Shown piece by piece: positions 1 to 9,239 of a stretch of 64,000 nt of DNA. Below the pieces are notes generated by a model that did no database searches, was not told the DNA's origin, and saw only the letters and a program-made list of their open reading frames with translations. Source of the DNA: a virus. Its lineage: Duplodnaviria; Heunggongvirae; Uroviricota; Caudoviricetes. Each line of letters opens with the position of its first letter. Within the stretch, counting starts at the first letter, position 1. Location: the IMG/VR virus record IMGVR_UViG_3300028908_000001, positions 1 through 64,000 of that record; one strand, written 5' to 3'. Position numbers and translations under genes: made by a program.

Positions 1-1083
1 TCCCTCCTCGCTTGTCCCCGCACGAATGCAAATGGCTGCCAAGCGCGACGGCATGACAGCATAGTGCGGCACCGAAGACGGCTCGGTTGGAATAGTCCAA
101 ACATCGCGCAAGGCCCGTTTGTGATACTCAACGTCGGCAGTTTTCACCAGCCCATGTTTGGTCTCGTGGCCCACCATCCCGTCATAGCGGTAGTTCCGTA
201 AACAGCTTGCACGGCCGGTGCCTCGCTCTTGTATCCCGTAATAGTCGTAGTAGTATTTGTGCGCCCGCCACAGGTTCACGCTGCGGCCATCGATCTCCAC
301 ATAATCCGGCTCCGGCCGCTTTCGTGTGCCTTGCTTCTCAGGATGCGTCCAAAACTGCGGCTTCGTGGCCTTCGACGCCAGAATGATGTATTCGTGTGCC
401 TTCGTCGGTCTGTCCTTCACGCTCTCTGGCAGCGGGTTCCCTTGGTACGGGTCGAGGTTATCGACGATAGCCCACGCTGTTTCTTCATCTACACCAGCGG
501 CAATACAAGCGTCGTAGACTTGGCCCCTCAGTTCTTTTTGCCCTGAAGTGCCTTTGGCCCAGACTATCATCGAGCGGATAATCCAGCCATCGGCCTGAAG
601 TGCTAAAGCAAGGCGCTGTGGCACGAGAGCAAGGTTGCACGACACATGACCTTCCGGCACAATCCGAAGCCTTGCCAGCGCCCCTTCGCCCTTGTGACCT
701 ACATATTCGCCGCCTTTAGGGCCTTGGCGGCTCCCAATATATGTGTCGCCGATATTCAGCCATAGCGTGCCATCGGACCTGAGAACCCGGCGGTACTCTC
801 TGAATATTTCGACCAAGTGCTCTATGTATAGCTCTACCGTGGGTTCTAACCCCAACTCACCACGCCAAGCGCCGCACTTGGCACAGAAATTCTCCGCCCA
901 TTCGTGTTCACAATCGGGGTCGCCGCCCCAGATGCGGGCTTGGTCTCCTGCGTACTTGCGAACTGCCCAGTACGGGGGTGACGTAAGTATCATGTGCACG
1001 CTCTCGTCTGGTAGCCCGCGCAGGACATCGAGAGCGTGGCCACAATAAAACGTATGATTGCCTACAGTTTCTTGCTTGACCAT
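1..1083 (-). CDS. DNA methyltransferase (beta-class N4-C/N6-A amino-MTase), 3' partial, runs off window edge
   Basis: Minus ORF starts ATGgtcaag at 1083 and stays open to position 1 (361 codons, no stop). N-terminal LTSPPYW (DPPY-type motif IV) with the SAM-binding region expected C-terminally gives a beta-class, PF01555-like architecture. Confidence 0.8.
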   Translation of the reverse strand, partial: MVKQETVGNHTFYCGHALDVLRGLPDESVHMILTSPPYWAVRKYAGDQARIWGGDPDCEHEWAENFCAKCGAWRGELGLEPTVELYIEHLVEIFREYRRVLRSDGTLWLNIGDTYIGSRQGPKGGEYVGHKGEGALARLRIVPEGHVSCNLALVPQRLALALQADGWIIRSMIVWAKGTSGQKELRGQVYDACIAAGVDEETAWAIVDNLDPYQGNPLPESVKDRPTKAHEYIILASKATKPQFWTHPEKQGTRKRPEPDYVEIDGRSVNLWRAHKYYYDYYGIQERGTGRASCLRNYRYDGMVGHETKHGLVKTADVEYHKRALRDVWTIPTEPSSVPHYAVMPSRLAAICIRAGTSEEG

Positions 1084-1104
1084 CGGTAGCTAATCACCGC
1101 AGAG

Positions 1105-1533
1105 CTAATTGTGACAATCCACAATAGCAATAAACTTGTCTTGATGTTCTCGCAATAACTCTATGATCTTCTCTCGCCACCGCGGCAGTATCCGTTCTGC
1201 CTCCTGATGGCCTCTCTCCCAATACTCTCTTGCCTCATCATCGCTTAACAAGTAACCGACGCGCCAAGGCACAAAATCCGATGCCCACGGGCGTCTATAC
1301 CACTCGCCATCGACGACTATAGCGCAGAACAAGTGCTCCTCGGCGGCTTCCTGCTTTTTCAGCACACACGCCACGGGTACAATGTCTCCATACCCGCATT
1401 CAGTGAACGAACCGCTGTAACGGCCGCCTATGATGTAATAATCCCATTCTTCATCCTTGAACGGAGCCAATGCTTCTTCAACTTCGGACTCCGCATATGG
1501 GGAGCTTACGATGACGCCGATTAAGTAATGCAA
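1105..1533 (-). CDS. hypothetical protein
   Basis: 142-aa ORF tightly packed in the leftward operon; no recognisable motif. Confidence 0.55.
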   Translation of the reverse strand: MHYLIGVIVSSPYAESEVEEALAPFKDEEWDYYIIGGRYSGSFTECGYGDIVPVACVLKKQEAAEEHLFCAIVVDGEWYRRPWASDFVPWRVGYLLSDDEAREYWERGHQEAERILPRWREKIIELLREHQDKFIAIVDCHN

Positions 1534-1539
1534 CAGCTC

Positions 1540-1857
1540 TCACTCCAAAGCTTGATCTTCGTCCCAGCATTCCCACGTGACGCCGCTGCAATCGTAGACA
1601 ATCGTGGCGTCCTCCAGCCCCGCCTCGTGGGCCTTCCGCATCCCTTCGCGCACCAGCGCGAGGGCATCGGCCAGCTTTATCACTCGCTCCGTATCGTTGG
1701 CCGCTGCCGCTCGCTTCAGTGCTTCAAGAATGCGCCGTTCATCATTCAGCGGCCAACCTTCAATTTGAATAGTACAGCCGTCCGCAGGATATTTGATATA
1801 CACCATTCCCGTGTAATCATGACCCATTACGCTTTTCATCCTTTGCCAACTCATCAC
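1540..1857 (-). CDS. hypothetical protein
   Basis: 105-aa minus ORF contiguous with its neighbours; preferred over the antisense plus ORF 1528..1986 by operon context. Confidence 0.5.
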   Translation of the reverse strand: MMSWQRMKSVMGHDYTGMVYIKYPADGCTIQIEGWPLNDERRILEALKRAAAANDTERVIKLADALALVREGMRKAHEAGLEDATIVYDCSGVTWECWDEDQALE

Positions 1858-2272
1858 ACAAATCGCGTATCCACTTGGCTATCTTCTCCAAATCGTCGGC
1901 CCGCCGCCGCAGCCATCCCAGCGAACGCTTGTGAATACACCCATCGCGCGGCGAATACCTTAGATTTGCTCGCACATGAACATTGATAGACTGCCATGCA
2001 TCCAGCAACTCCTCTGGGAAGACCAACTCCAACCCAAGGTACGGACCACTTCCGTCATCATAAGCAGGAGCAGCTTCACACAACCAATCATCTTGGCGTT
2101 TGGTCACCCCATACTTCTTGCGCCACGCCCGCACGCGACGCTCTTCCTCGCACCCACCCACGTCACCGGGTAGGTCATCATCCAAATAGTAGGCGATGCT
2201 TGCTTTCAGCAGCCGCGCGACCTCTTTCGGGTCATACGGCGGCAACAATCTCCTGCTACCCATTGTCGTCAA
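1817..2272 (-). CDS. hypothetical protein
   Basis: 151-aa minus ORF with a short overlap to the downstream gene. Confidence 0.5.
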   Translation of the reverse strand: MTTMGSRRLLPPYDPKEVARLLKASIAYYLDDDLPGDVGGCEEERRVRAWRKKYGVTKRQDDWLCEAAPAYDDGSGPYLGLELVFPEELLDAWQSINVHVRANLRYSPRDGCIHKRSLGWLRRRADDLEKIAKWIRDLCDELAKDEKRNGS

Positions 2273-2564
2273 CCCCTATATCAAAGAGAATTATGCCGCG
2301 GCCATCAGCAGTAGATGCATATTCATACTTGCCGCCCCGCGGCACTATCAATAATACCCGCCCGTCCTCCAGAATAATCTCGCCAAGGCACTCTCCGTGG
2401 CCGCAACAAGACAAGCGCATGTTGATACCCGCGTCTTGCAGGGCCTGTACTATATCGGCGATGCAGGCGTCTATCTTTGCCAGCTTCCAGCGGGCGCGGC
2501 CGGTATAACTCAAATCCGCGGGCACCCAAACCAAGACATCTTTCGTTGTTCCCCATTTACACAT
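2256..2564 (-). CDS. hypothetical protein (Cys/His-containing, SCCGHGEC)
   Basis: 102-aa ORF; operon context. Confidence 0.5.
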   Translation of the reverse strand: MCKWGTTKDVLVWVPADLSYTGRARWKLAKIDACIADIVQALQDAGINMRLSCCGHGECLGEIILEDGRVLLIVPRGGKYEYASTADGRGIILFDIGVDDNG

Positions 2565-2566
2565 GG

Positions 2567-3325
2567 TTACAATGGCAAATCTGCACCCCAGCAGTACTTG
2601 TCCAGCGCGGCTCTTACCACTTCCTGTTGAAGGGCACCGCCAATGACGCGAGCCGCGGCAGCTAGAACGGTCTCAGCCGAGATACCGTCCACACCCATCA
2701 TCATTGCATAAGCCGCCCCGCTATCGCCCCGCAACCCACTCTCCGCGTCCGAAATAGGCAATGGTTGCATCCATGAAATCTCCGGCAAGCCTCTCGCGGA
2801 TTGCGAAGACAACTGCGGCAGTCCTCGATATATTTCGTTCATAAGCCCCGCAGCGGCCAACGCAGGATCGAAGCGGTCATGGGCTCCCACAAAGAAAACA
2901 GCCTTACCCGCTTCACTAGGAGGAAATCCGAACCACAAGCAACGCGCCCACACGCTTGTCTTGGCGACAGCATAACCCAACGCCCACGAACGGGCCGCGG
3001 GCTGCCCGTTGACCAAATCGGCTAAAGTAACACCTCCCGCTTCAACGCGGACGCTTTCGCGGGCGATGCCCAAGGACTCTGCCACGATGTGCTGCCCGAT
3101 GCGCATATACGCCTCGTGCTCATAATCACACTCCCACGGTGCCTGCCACGCCTTGCCACACAGCAAGACATGGCTGTGGCGCATCCGGTCATCGGCACGC
3201 CAGCACAGATACCAGTAATTGTCGCCGTTGCCCACATCCATAACAATGTAGTTGCCCACGCGCCACGTGTTCACGGCGTATCCCTTCATTATCTCGGCAG
3301 GGTCATGCTCCCACGGTAGATACAC
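2567..3325 (-). CDS. hypothetical protein
   Basis: 252-aa ORF; its start abuts the stop of the upstream gene. Confidence 0.6.
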   Translation of the reverse strand: MYLPWEHDPAEIMKGYAVNTWRVGNYIVMDVGNGDNYWYLCWRADDRMRHSHVLLCGKAWQAPWECDYEHEAYMRIGQHIVAESLGIARESVRVEAGGVTLADLVNGQPAARSWALGYAVAKTSVWARCLWFGFPPSEAGKAVFFVGAHDRFDPALAAAGLMNEIYRGLPQLSSQSARGLPEISWMQPLPISDAESGLRGDSGAAYAMMMGVDGISAETVLAAAARVIGGALQQEVVRAALDKYCWGADLPL

Positions 3326-3951
3326 TATACTCTTCCCCCTTCATCGACAACGTGCTCCAATAAATCAATGCCCCACTTGACGCCATACCGCAACCACAGA
3401 ACATCTCCGCCCCGCAACAGAAACTCATCAAGCCATTGACGTATCCTCTGTGCAACAGCCTCTTGACCTTTCTCTTCCTGCCCACGACGCATATCCAAGC
3501 ACCGCAAAGTTCTTCTCACACCTACGTAAGGCCCCGCACTGCACCCAATATCGAACCACATATAGTCGCGCCTTGCACGATATTCGACTGTCTCTGGTGG
3601 CCACGCAGGGGGTGAAACATCAGCAAGCTGCCAATCGAAACCCAAGACATCCCCCTTCGCGGGCAACCAATTCACTTCCCCAAACACTATATCAATGCCC
3701 AACCGCACAGGATCGGGCGGCCGCCAAGCGGGGAACAATCGCGTCACGACACATTCAGCAAAGAAGCCCACCCCTTCGGGTACCGCAATGGCCACACGCA
3801 CACAAGAGTCAGCATCGGCGAACAACCCTCTTTTGAACCCCAGCTTCGCAGCCGCAACCCGCCAAGCATACTCCTGGAGACCTTCCACGTCCCAAGGATA
3901 TTCAATTTCCCACGCCCGCTCAGCGCCATCAGGCTTCTCGGTTGTTTCCAT
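3325..3951 (-). CDS. hypothetical protein
   Basis: 208-aa ORF in a gene-dense operon. Confidence 0.6.
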   Translation of the reverse strand: METTEKPDGAERAWEIEYPWDVEGLQEYAWRVAAAKLGFKRGLFADADSCVRVAIAVPEGVGFFAECVVTRLFPAWRPPDPVRLGIDIVFGEVNWLPAKGDVLGFDWQLADVSPPAWPPETVEYRARRDYMWFDIGCSAGPYVGVRRTLRCLDMRRGQEEKGQEAVAQRIRQWLDEFLLRGGDVLWLRYGVKWGIDLLEHVVDEGGRV

Positions 3952-4360
3952 CGCGGTTCAGCCTCTCCAGTGTGTACCACATTCCGCAGGCTACTTCTGT
4001 GAACGGTCGCGCGTCTGGCCGCCGCCGTGGCGACCTACAATAACGCCACCACTCGGAACCATCGTACTCCTCACGCTCCAACCATGTATCATCCGAGAAC
4101 ACAACCACCAAGTCGCAGGCCACCTCTTGAGCACCAAAGCCACTGTCGTAATCAACCTCGCGGGCTATCTCCTCAAACTCTTCCCACGAGATTGCGTATT
4201 TCCCGTCGGCACTACCAACCCACGATACGTCATCAACAGTGTGCCCACTCTTACGAATGGCCTCCAGCGTTTCTTCGAGGAGATTGACTTCATCCTCGCG
4301 CATCTTACTTGCCTCCAATGATGAGTGGTAGCCCCGCACCGTTCGGGCTGGTGGGCACAA
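3929..4360 (-). CDS. hypothetical acidic protein
   Basis: 143-aa ORF. Confidence 0.55.
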   Translation of the reverse strand: MCPPARTVRGYHSSLEASKMREDEVNLLEETLEAIRKSGHTVDDVSWVGSADGKYAISWEEFEEIAREVDYDSGFGAQEVACDLVVVFSDDTWLEREEYDGSEWWRYCRSPRRRPDARPFTEVACGMWYTLERLNRDGNNREA

Positions 4361-5201
4361 TCACAAACGTAGTGTTCTTGCTGTTCGCAAGCTCTTTCAG
4401 AGTCTCGATAGCCTTATATTGCACGTACATCGGAGTCAGTGTTGCATTGATGATGCGCTGTGCCTTGGCAAGCCCCTCTGCTTCCACAATGTTGACTTCT
4501 GCCTGCCGCCGCGTTTGCTCGAGTACGTACTGCATCCGCTCGGCATCTTGCTGTGCCTTCAACTTCTCCTCAATTGCTTGAGCCACGCGCTGCGGCAGCT
4601 TCACATTCCGCAGCATGAAGCGCTCCAAGATAATGCCCCTTGGCTTGAATGCCGCCGCGAGGGACTGAGTTACCTGGTCAACATAATGCTGTCGCGCTTC
4701 GCTGTAGATGTCCACGGCGGCATACTTCACAGCAGCATCACGAATAGCAGTCCTGACCGTTGGCCGCACGAAACGAGTAATATAGTATGGTCCGATGGTC
4801 TTGTGCAGCGCGGGGGCTTGCTGCGGATCGATGCGGAATAGCACGGTGCAGTCAAGCGACAACGTGAGACCGTCCTTGGTAAGCACGTCGATGCTGTCGT
4901 TGCCCCTGCGCTGGCCCTCGTGCGGGGCTATTGACATGGTATATTCCAGCACCCGCGTCGGGTATCTGAGTACAGTTGCCCACGGCACCACAAAATGCAA
5001 GCCTTCGTCCAAGGGGCGCTCAACCAGATGTCCCAAGACGACTTCCACGCCGACGTACCCCGGCGGGATGACGGTGGCACATCGCCAGAACAGGAGGACC
5101 GCCAGCACCACAACGGCGGCTATCGACGAAGCCTTCCAAGTTGGCCAGCCGTACTCATCAAACATGATAGACCCTCCTGTTTCGTACTGCGGTAGGACCA
5201 T
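4305..5201 (-). CDS. SPFH/band-7 (stomatin/prohibitin/HflC-like) membrane protein
   Basis: N-terminal TM segment (AAVVVLAVLLFW), then an SPFH core (VPWATVLRYPTRVLEY...DVLTKDGLTLSLDCTVLFRIDP) and a coiled-coil tail (AQQDAERMQYVLEQTRRQAEVNIVEAEGLAKAQ). Confidence 0.8.
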   Translation of the reverse strand: MVLPQYETGGSIMFDEYGWPTWKASSIAAVVVLAVLLFWRCATVIPPGYVGVEVVLGHLVERPLDEGLHFVVPWATVLRYPTRVLEYTMSIAPHEGQRRGNDSIDVLTKDGLTLSLDCTVLFRIDPQQAPALHKTIGPYYITRFVRPTVRTAIRDAAVKYAAVDIYSEARQHYVDQVTQSLAAAFKPRGIILERFMLRNVKLPQRVAQAIEEKLKAQQDAERMQYVLEQTRRQAEVNIVEAEGLAKAQRIINATLTPMYVQYKAIETLKELANSKNTTFVIVPTSPNGAGLPLIIGGK

Positions 5202-5203
5202 TC

Positions 5204-5575
5204 CTACTCGCAGCGAGCGACTTCAATGTTGCCTTCGTCAAACCAGCGATTGTCTAACTCGCATTCCGTGTGGCCCGTGCGCCGCAGTTCGCTTAAGCAG
5301 CCGCGGGCCTCCTGCTCGTCGCAGTATCGTTCCAATAGCTTGCGCACTGTTTCCATTCCTTCAACAGTTCCATGCACTGTCGCAGCTCCGCCGTATCCAT
5401 CGTCGTCCAGCCATAGACCATGTTCCTCCACATTCCCTGCATCCCCGATAATGAGCCGCGCACCGACATAAAGGTCTTCCATCGCCTCCGCGGCCATAGC
5501 GCGCTTCCACAAATCGGTGCCGTCGTAGTAGCCGTACCTTGCTTCGATGCACACACGATACTTCTGGCGGGCCAT
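5204..5575 (-). CDS. hypothetical protein
   Basis: ORF-track start is GTG at 5584; ATG at 5575 follows an AAAGGTGAGG SD and sits just downstream of the conserved promoter copy. Confidence 0.55.
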   Translation of the reverse strand: MARQKYRVCIEARYGYYDGTDLWKRAMAAEAMEDLYVGARLIIGDAGNVEEHGLWLDDDGYGGAATVHGTVEGMETVRKLLERYCDEQEARGCLSELRRTGHTECELDNRWFDEGNIEVARCE

Positions 5576-5590
5576 TATCCTCACCTTTAG

Positions 5591-5619
5591 TAATTATCCC
5601 CGCCCGCGGCGGCTATCAA
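5591..5619 (-). promoter_or_regulatory. sigma70-like promoter, family copy 1 (TTGATA-N17-TAATTA, GGGGATAATTA core)
   Basis: Minus-strand -35 at 5614-5619 and -10 at 5591-5596, about 15 nt upstream of the ATG at 5575. The motif overlaps the stop of the MTase gene. Confidence 0.5.
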
Positions 5620-6503
5620 ACCTCGTCGTTCAATAGCCGCGGCTGTTCGGGCTGCTCTTCTTGCTGCGAACCCTGCTCATGTGCCTTCCGCACTCGTTCG
5701 GCCATAATCTCGAAGTATTTCGATTCCTTCTCAATGTGGATGCCGCGGATACCGCGCAATTCGCAGGCGACAGCCAATGTACCAGAACCAGCAAAGGGAT
5801 CGAGAGCCGTGCCATCTGGCGGACAGATGTAGCGAAGCCACCAGTCGCACAACCTATGAGGTGTTGGAGCTCCGTGGGCCACAGCGCGACCACCCACAGA
5901 CAAGATAATATTGTATGGCGTAACACCCCCGCGTTCGCGGCAAGCCCCGTAAATGGTCTCATGAATTTTTTGATAACCAGAAGGAGAACGTTCATGTCGG
6001 GCAATCAATTTGGCAGCCAAAGTCGCATCCGCCGGTGACCACAACACAGCTTCTTGCTTCCGATAGCAGTTTGATGCCCCAAGCCACACGCAATGCTTGA
6101 CGCTTCCTCGCAATAAGCCAACGTCGCGAGCCGTATGTCTAGTGGGCATAGCATTGTAGTTCCACCAATAAACATCTTGGACAAGATTCCAGTAGCGGGC
6201 CGCCCATAGCACGAACTCCCAAAGCCACAACCGCATCTGGCCCCGATGCTTGAAATTGGGCTGCAGGACAAACACAGCGCTGCCTGTGGGCTTCGTCAAG
6301 CGTTTGACCTCTCGCACCACGTCATGCATTAGTTCGTGCCACTCGTCTTCTTCCCAGTAGCCGTACTCGCGCTTGATGCCCGGATAGGGTGGGTCTGTGA
6401 TAGTGGCATCTATAGATGCCGCGGGCAGCGTCGGCAGTACCTCGCGGCAGTCACCAAGTATAAGCCTCTGTTTGCCGATGGTGAGCTCTTGCATGTCAGT
6501 CAT
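5616..6503 (-). CDS. DNA methyltransferase (beta-class amino-MTase, PF01555-like)
   Basis: ITDPPYPG (motif IV) near the N-terminus and LDPFAGSGTLAVAC (motif I, FxGxG) near the C-terminus. Confidence 0.85.
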   Translation of the reverse strand: MTDMQELTIGKQRLILGDCREVLPTLPAASIDATITDPPYPGIKREYGYWEEDEWHELMHDVVREVKRLTKPTGSAVFVLQPNFKHRGQMRLWLWEFVLWAARYWNLVQDVYWWNYNAMPTRHTARDVGLLRGSVKHCVWLGASNCYRKQEAVLWSPADATLAAKLIARHERSPSGYQKIHETIYGACRERGGVTPYNIILSVGGRAVAHGAPTPHRLCDWWLRYICPPDGTALDPFAGSGTLAVACELRGIRGIHIEKESKYFEIMAERVRKAHEQGSQQEEQPEQPRLLNDEV

Positions 6504-6865
6504 TAGCCGCCGTGGCCATCCTCCACAGAAGACAAATACTCATAGAATTGCCGCACGAGTTCAGTAGGAGCCGCCCGAGCATGTGCAACATGCCATAGCT
6601 CATCTAATGCCATATTTATCTCGCCGCCCGTTCGCTTTATAGGCACGCTGCCCTCTGGTGCATGGATCCACAACCGGCGGCCCCACGACTCAAGCTCCAA
6701 CTTATATGGCCCCACCTGGCCCTCCACCCAATCATCGGACGGGCGGTTGCTGTGTTTTACTTCCCACTTCACAAGCCCGCGCCGCGTGACCTCTATCAAC
6801 TTCCTCAACACGGTCAACTTGTCCACGCCATAGAGAGAACCAACACTGTCATTGCTGTAAGACAT
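6503..6865 (-). CDS. hypothetical protein
   Basis: 120-aa ORF; ATGA start/stop overlap with the MTase gene. Confidence 0.55.
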   Translation of the reverse strand: MSYSNDSVGSLYGVDKLTVLRKLIEVTRRGLVKWEVKHSNRPSDDWVEGQVGPYKLELESWGRRLWIHAPEGSVPIKRTGGEINMALDELWHVAHARAAPTELVRQFYEYLSSVEDGHGG

Positions 6866-6880
6866 GGCTGTCCTCCTAGC

Positions 6881-7501
6881 TCAGTCCCTACTATCATCTG
6901 CATGTATTTCGCACCAGTAAGCCACTTCGATCCCTTTCACCTCATGAAAGCGGTCCGTATTCCGCGGGGTACGTGTTGTAGGCCGCGCGTGGCTATACGC
7001 TCGGATGAAACGATGCAACAGCCACGCCCAGCGAGCTATCTGACGCCGCTGCTCTTCATAGAGGTTGTCATGTATCTGTACCCATTCGTCTCCATACTTC
7101 CGCCATACAAGCCCTTCGCGGTGGCTAAGCATTTCGTTGAGCATCGACGTTACGTGCAGCAGCCAGCGAATGCCGTCAGAGAATAGAAGGGGCTGCGCCG
7201 CGCCGACCTTCCCACAGCGTATCCAGCCGATGGATGGCCGCACGTGGGGATACGCATCCCAATCCCAAGCAGCCGCACGGCCCGCCCAAATCAAAATCCG
7301 TGGCTCGTGGACCTCAAGAAATAACTGCTCATCCCGCGTGTACAACTCGCGGGCCAACTCTTGAGCCAAAAGACGCCACAGAACCCGCTCGCTGTTCTCT
7401 ATAACATTGTCTGCCACTTGCAGACAGTAAACAACGAGCACCCGCCCATCCAGCAGCGGCGCTTCCACGCCGTTGATCATTTGCTGCGGAACCCGAGTCA
7501 T
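6881..7501 (-). CDS. hypothetical protein
   Basis: 206-aa ORF. Confidence 0.55.
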   Translation of the reverse strand: MTRVPQQMINGVEAPLLDGRVLVVYCLQVADNVIENSERVLWRLLAQELARELYTRDEQLFLEVHEPRILIWAGRAAAWDWDAYPHVRPSIGWIRCGKVGAAQPLLFSDGIRWLLHVTSMLNEMLSHREGLVWRKYGDEWVQIHDNLYEEQRRQIARWAWLLHRFIRAYSHARPTTRTPRNTDRFHEVKGIEVAYWCEIHADDSRD

Positions 7502-8304
7502 AACTCATCACGAATGCCGCACTCGTCTGCAACGCAAAGGACTCCGCTGTTGTCGAAGACAATAGCACGGTGGTTCGGCCGACGGTACACAAGAACAATA
7601 GGCTCATATTGCAAAATCCGAACTATAGGCTGCCCACGTTCACCACGAGGAGGTATCCGCGAAGCGGCAAACAGCCTTTCGCGGCCTTCGTCCGTTTGGA
7701 GGAAGCGCACAATTTGCTCTTCGTCATCGAGTGAAGGGAAGCGCATTGACCGCCACCAACCGAGTCTTACCCGCTGGCCGCCCGGCCAGACTAACGGCGC
7801 GGTCGGTTCCAGTTCGCGTATGGGCAATTCAAGTGTGCGAAGTGCAACATCCAAAATCGGCGGCGGTGCCCATGCGAATGTTTCCGCCAGCGTGTGACCC
7901 CATTCCCTGTAAATCGCCTTTTCCACCAATTTAGGCCAAGCTTGGTCAATCCACCTGCGGATTTCGTACACAAGCCGCACTGTCGGTTCATGCTGCCACC
8001 CAATGCCACTTGAATGACCCCATTCGATATAGTCGCGTTCGGGGAAGTACTCGAACTCGCGGACCCAATTCACGAAATGTAGAGTATCGACAGTGATAGG
8101 CGCGGTATGATGGCTTATACCATCGCCGACATGAACTTCAAGAAAGCCGTTGTGTGCCACCAAATTGCCTGCCAAGTACTGACACATGGCTATTCTCCTC
8201 CTATCAATGTTGGTTGCGCCGCTAGTGTTTGTATGCGTTTCACTGTAGTTTCGACGGTCCGCTCTTGGATGGCACACACCAAGAAGCGGCTTCCTACTCT
8301 TCAT
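7498..8304 (-). CDS. hypothetical protein (start trimmed to an internal Met)
   Basis: The ORF is open to 8424, but the upstream gene ends at 8294, so the internal Met at about 8304 is the more likely start. Confidence 0.45.
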   Translation of the reverse strand: MKSRKPLLGVCHPRADRRNYSETHTNTSGATNIDRRRIAMCQYLAGNLVAHNGFLEVHVGDGISHHTAPITVDTLHFVNWVREFEYFPERDYIEWGHSSGIGWQHEPTVRLVYEIRRWIDQAWPKLVEKAIYREWGHTLAETFAWAPPPILDVALRTLELPIRELEPTAPLVWPGGQRVRLGWWRSMRFPSLDDEEQIVRFLQTDEGRERLFAASRIPPRGERGQPIVRILQYEPIVLVYRRPNHRAIVFDNSGVLCVADECGIRDEL

Positions 8305-9193
8305 CCAATACTCTACGCAAGCTACGCAAGACATCTCGGCGAGCCTCAAGCAGCTCTTGGGTCTTCTGCTCTGCGAGTTCGGTGGCCCGCGCCGTGGCAT
8401 CCTCGTACCATTCATTCCCATCATGCACCAGCCGCGGGCATACCTCGAAAACTTCCAAGTGATACTCAGGATGCTGCCATGTATCCTTCAAGTCTTTGTA
8501 ACTGAGAGCCGCCGCGATAATGGGCTTGTGCGGCAAGCCCCATACGCGCACCTGTACCCCAGTGAGATCGCGCGTTTCTTCAATAGTGGCCCGCCAGTAG
8601 ACCTTGGCGCTTTCGCGTATCCATTGCCAAGGGTTGTCTAGAGAACGGATGTATGCCGCCGCGCGGGCCGCTAAATCCTCCGTCTCGCCCTTGGTCAAGC
8701 CAAACATGTCAGGAGAACAACTGATAGCAATTGCCGCGGCCCACTCATCCGTTGCCTCTTCCCACGGCTTGTGCAGCATACACAGCTCCTCATAAAACTG
8801 CTCCTTCGGCCCCGGCGGCAATACACCCTTGACAGCAAACGCCCGCGGCCCCCACTTCTCTACATAACGTTCCATCAGGTCGCGCAGTGTAATGTCTTTA
8901 CCCTCAGGCAATGGGTGCCGCGCCAGTATGGACTGTGCTTCGTTATAGGTGATGATGCGTTCGCCACCGCGGCGGTACCGCGCAAACTTCGACATCCGAG
9001 TTATCATATCCCAGATGTGCTCCGCTACGTACTCTACAGTTTCCTTGTCCCCGCGCTTCACATGCATCCAAAGCAAATACTCATCCTTGGGATCGAGCGG
9101 GGTGAAGCAGCCATAGTAGTCGTTCTTAGCTTTCTGCCACGTGGCTACCAGTTCGGCGAACTGCTCTTCGCGAGCGCTCTTGGTTCTAGCCAT
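8294..9193 (-). CDS. hypothetical protein
   Basis: 299-aa ORF; its ATG at 9193 follows an AGGGTGA SD and the conserved promoter copy (9211-9239). Confidence 0.6.
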   Translation of the reverse strand: MARTKSAREEQFAELVATWQKAKNDYYGCFTPLDPKDEYLLWMHVKRGDKETVEYVAEHIWDMITRMSKFARYRRGGERIITYNEAQSILARHPLPEGKDITLRDLMERYVEKWGPRAFAVKGVLPPGPKEQFYEELCMLHKPWEEATDEWAAAIAISCSPDMFGLTKGETEDLAARAAAYIRSLDNPWQWIRESAKVYWRATIEETRDLTGVQVRVWGLPHKPIIAAALSYKDLKDTWQHPEYHLEVFEVCPRLVHDGNEWYEDATARATELAEQKTQELLEARRDVLRSLRRVLDEE

Positions 9194-9210
9194 CTGTATT
9201 CACCCTAGGC

Positions 9211-9239
9211 TAATTATTCCCCATAGCGGCGGCTATCAA
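9211..9239 (-). promoter_or_regulatory. sigma70-like promoter, family copy 2
   Basis: Same TTGATA-N17-TAATTA arrangement with a GGGGAATAATTA core, upstream of the ATG at 9193. Confidence 0.5.

Noticed and set aside
1528-1986. Plus-strand ORFs inside the leftward arm (for example 1528..1986, 1996..2508, 10430..11065, 14236..14493, 17695..18240)
   Set aside because: They lie antisense to a continuous, tightly packed minus-strand operon with recognisable domains on the minus strand. They are typical high-GC shadow ORFs with no SD or start context.
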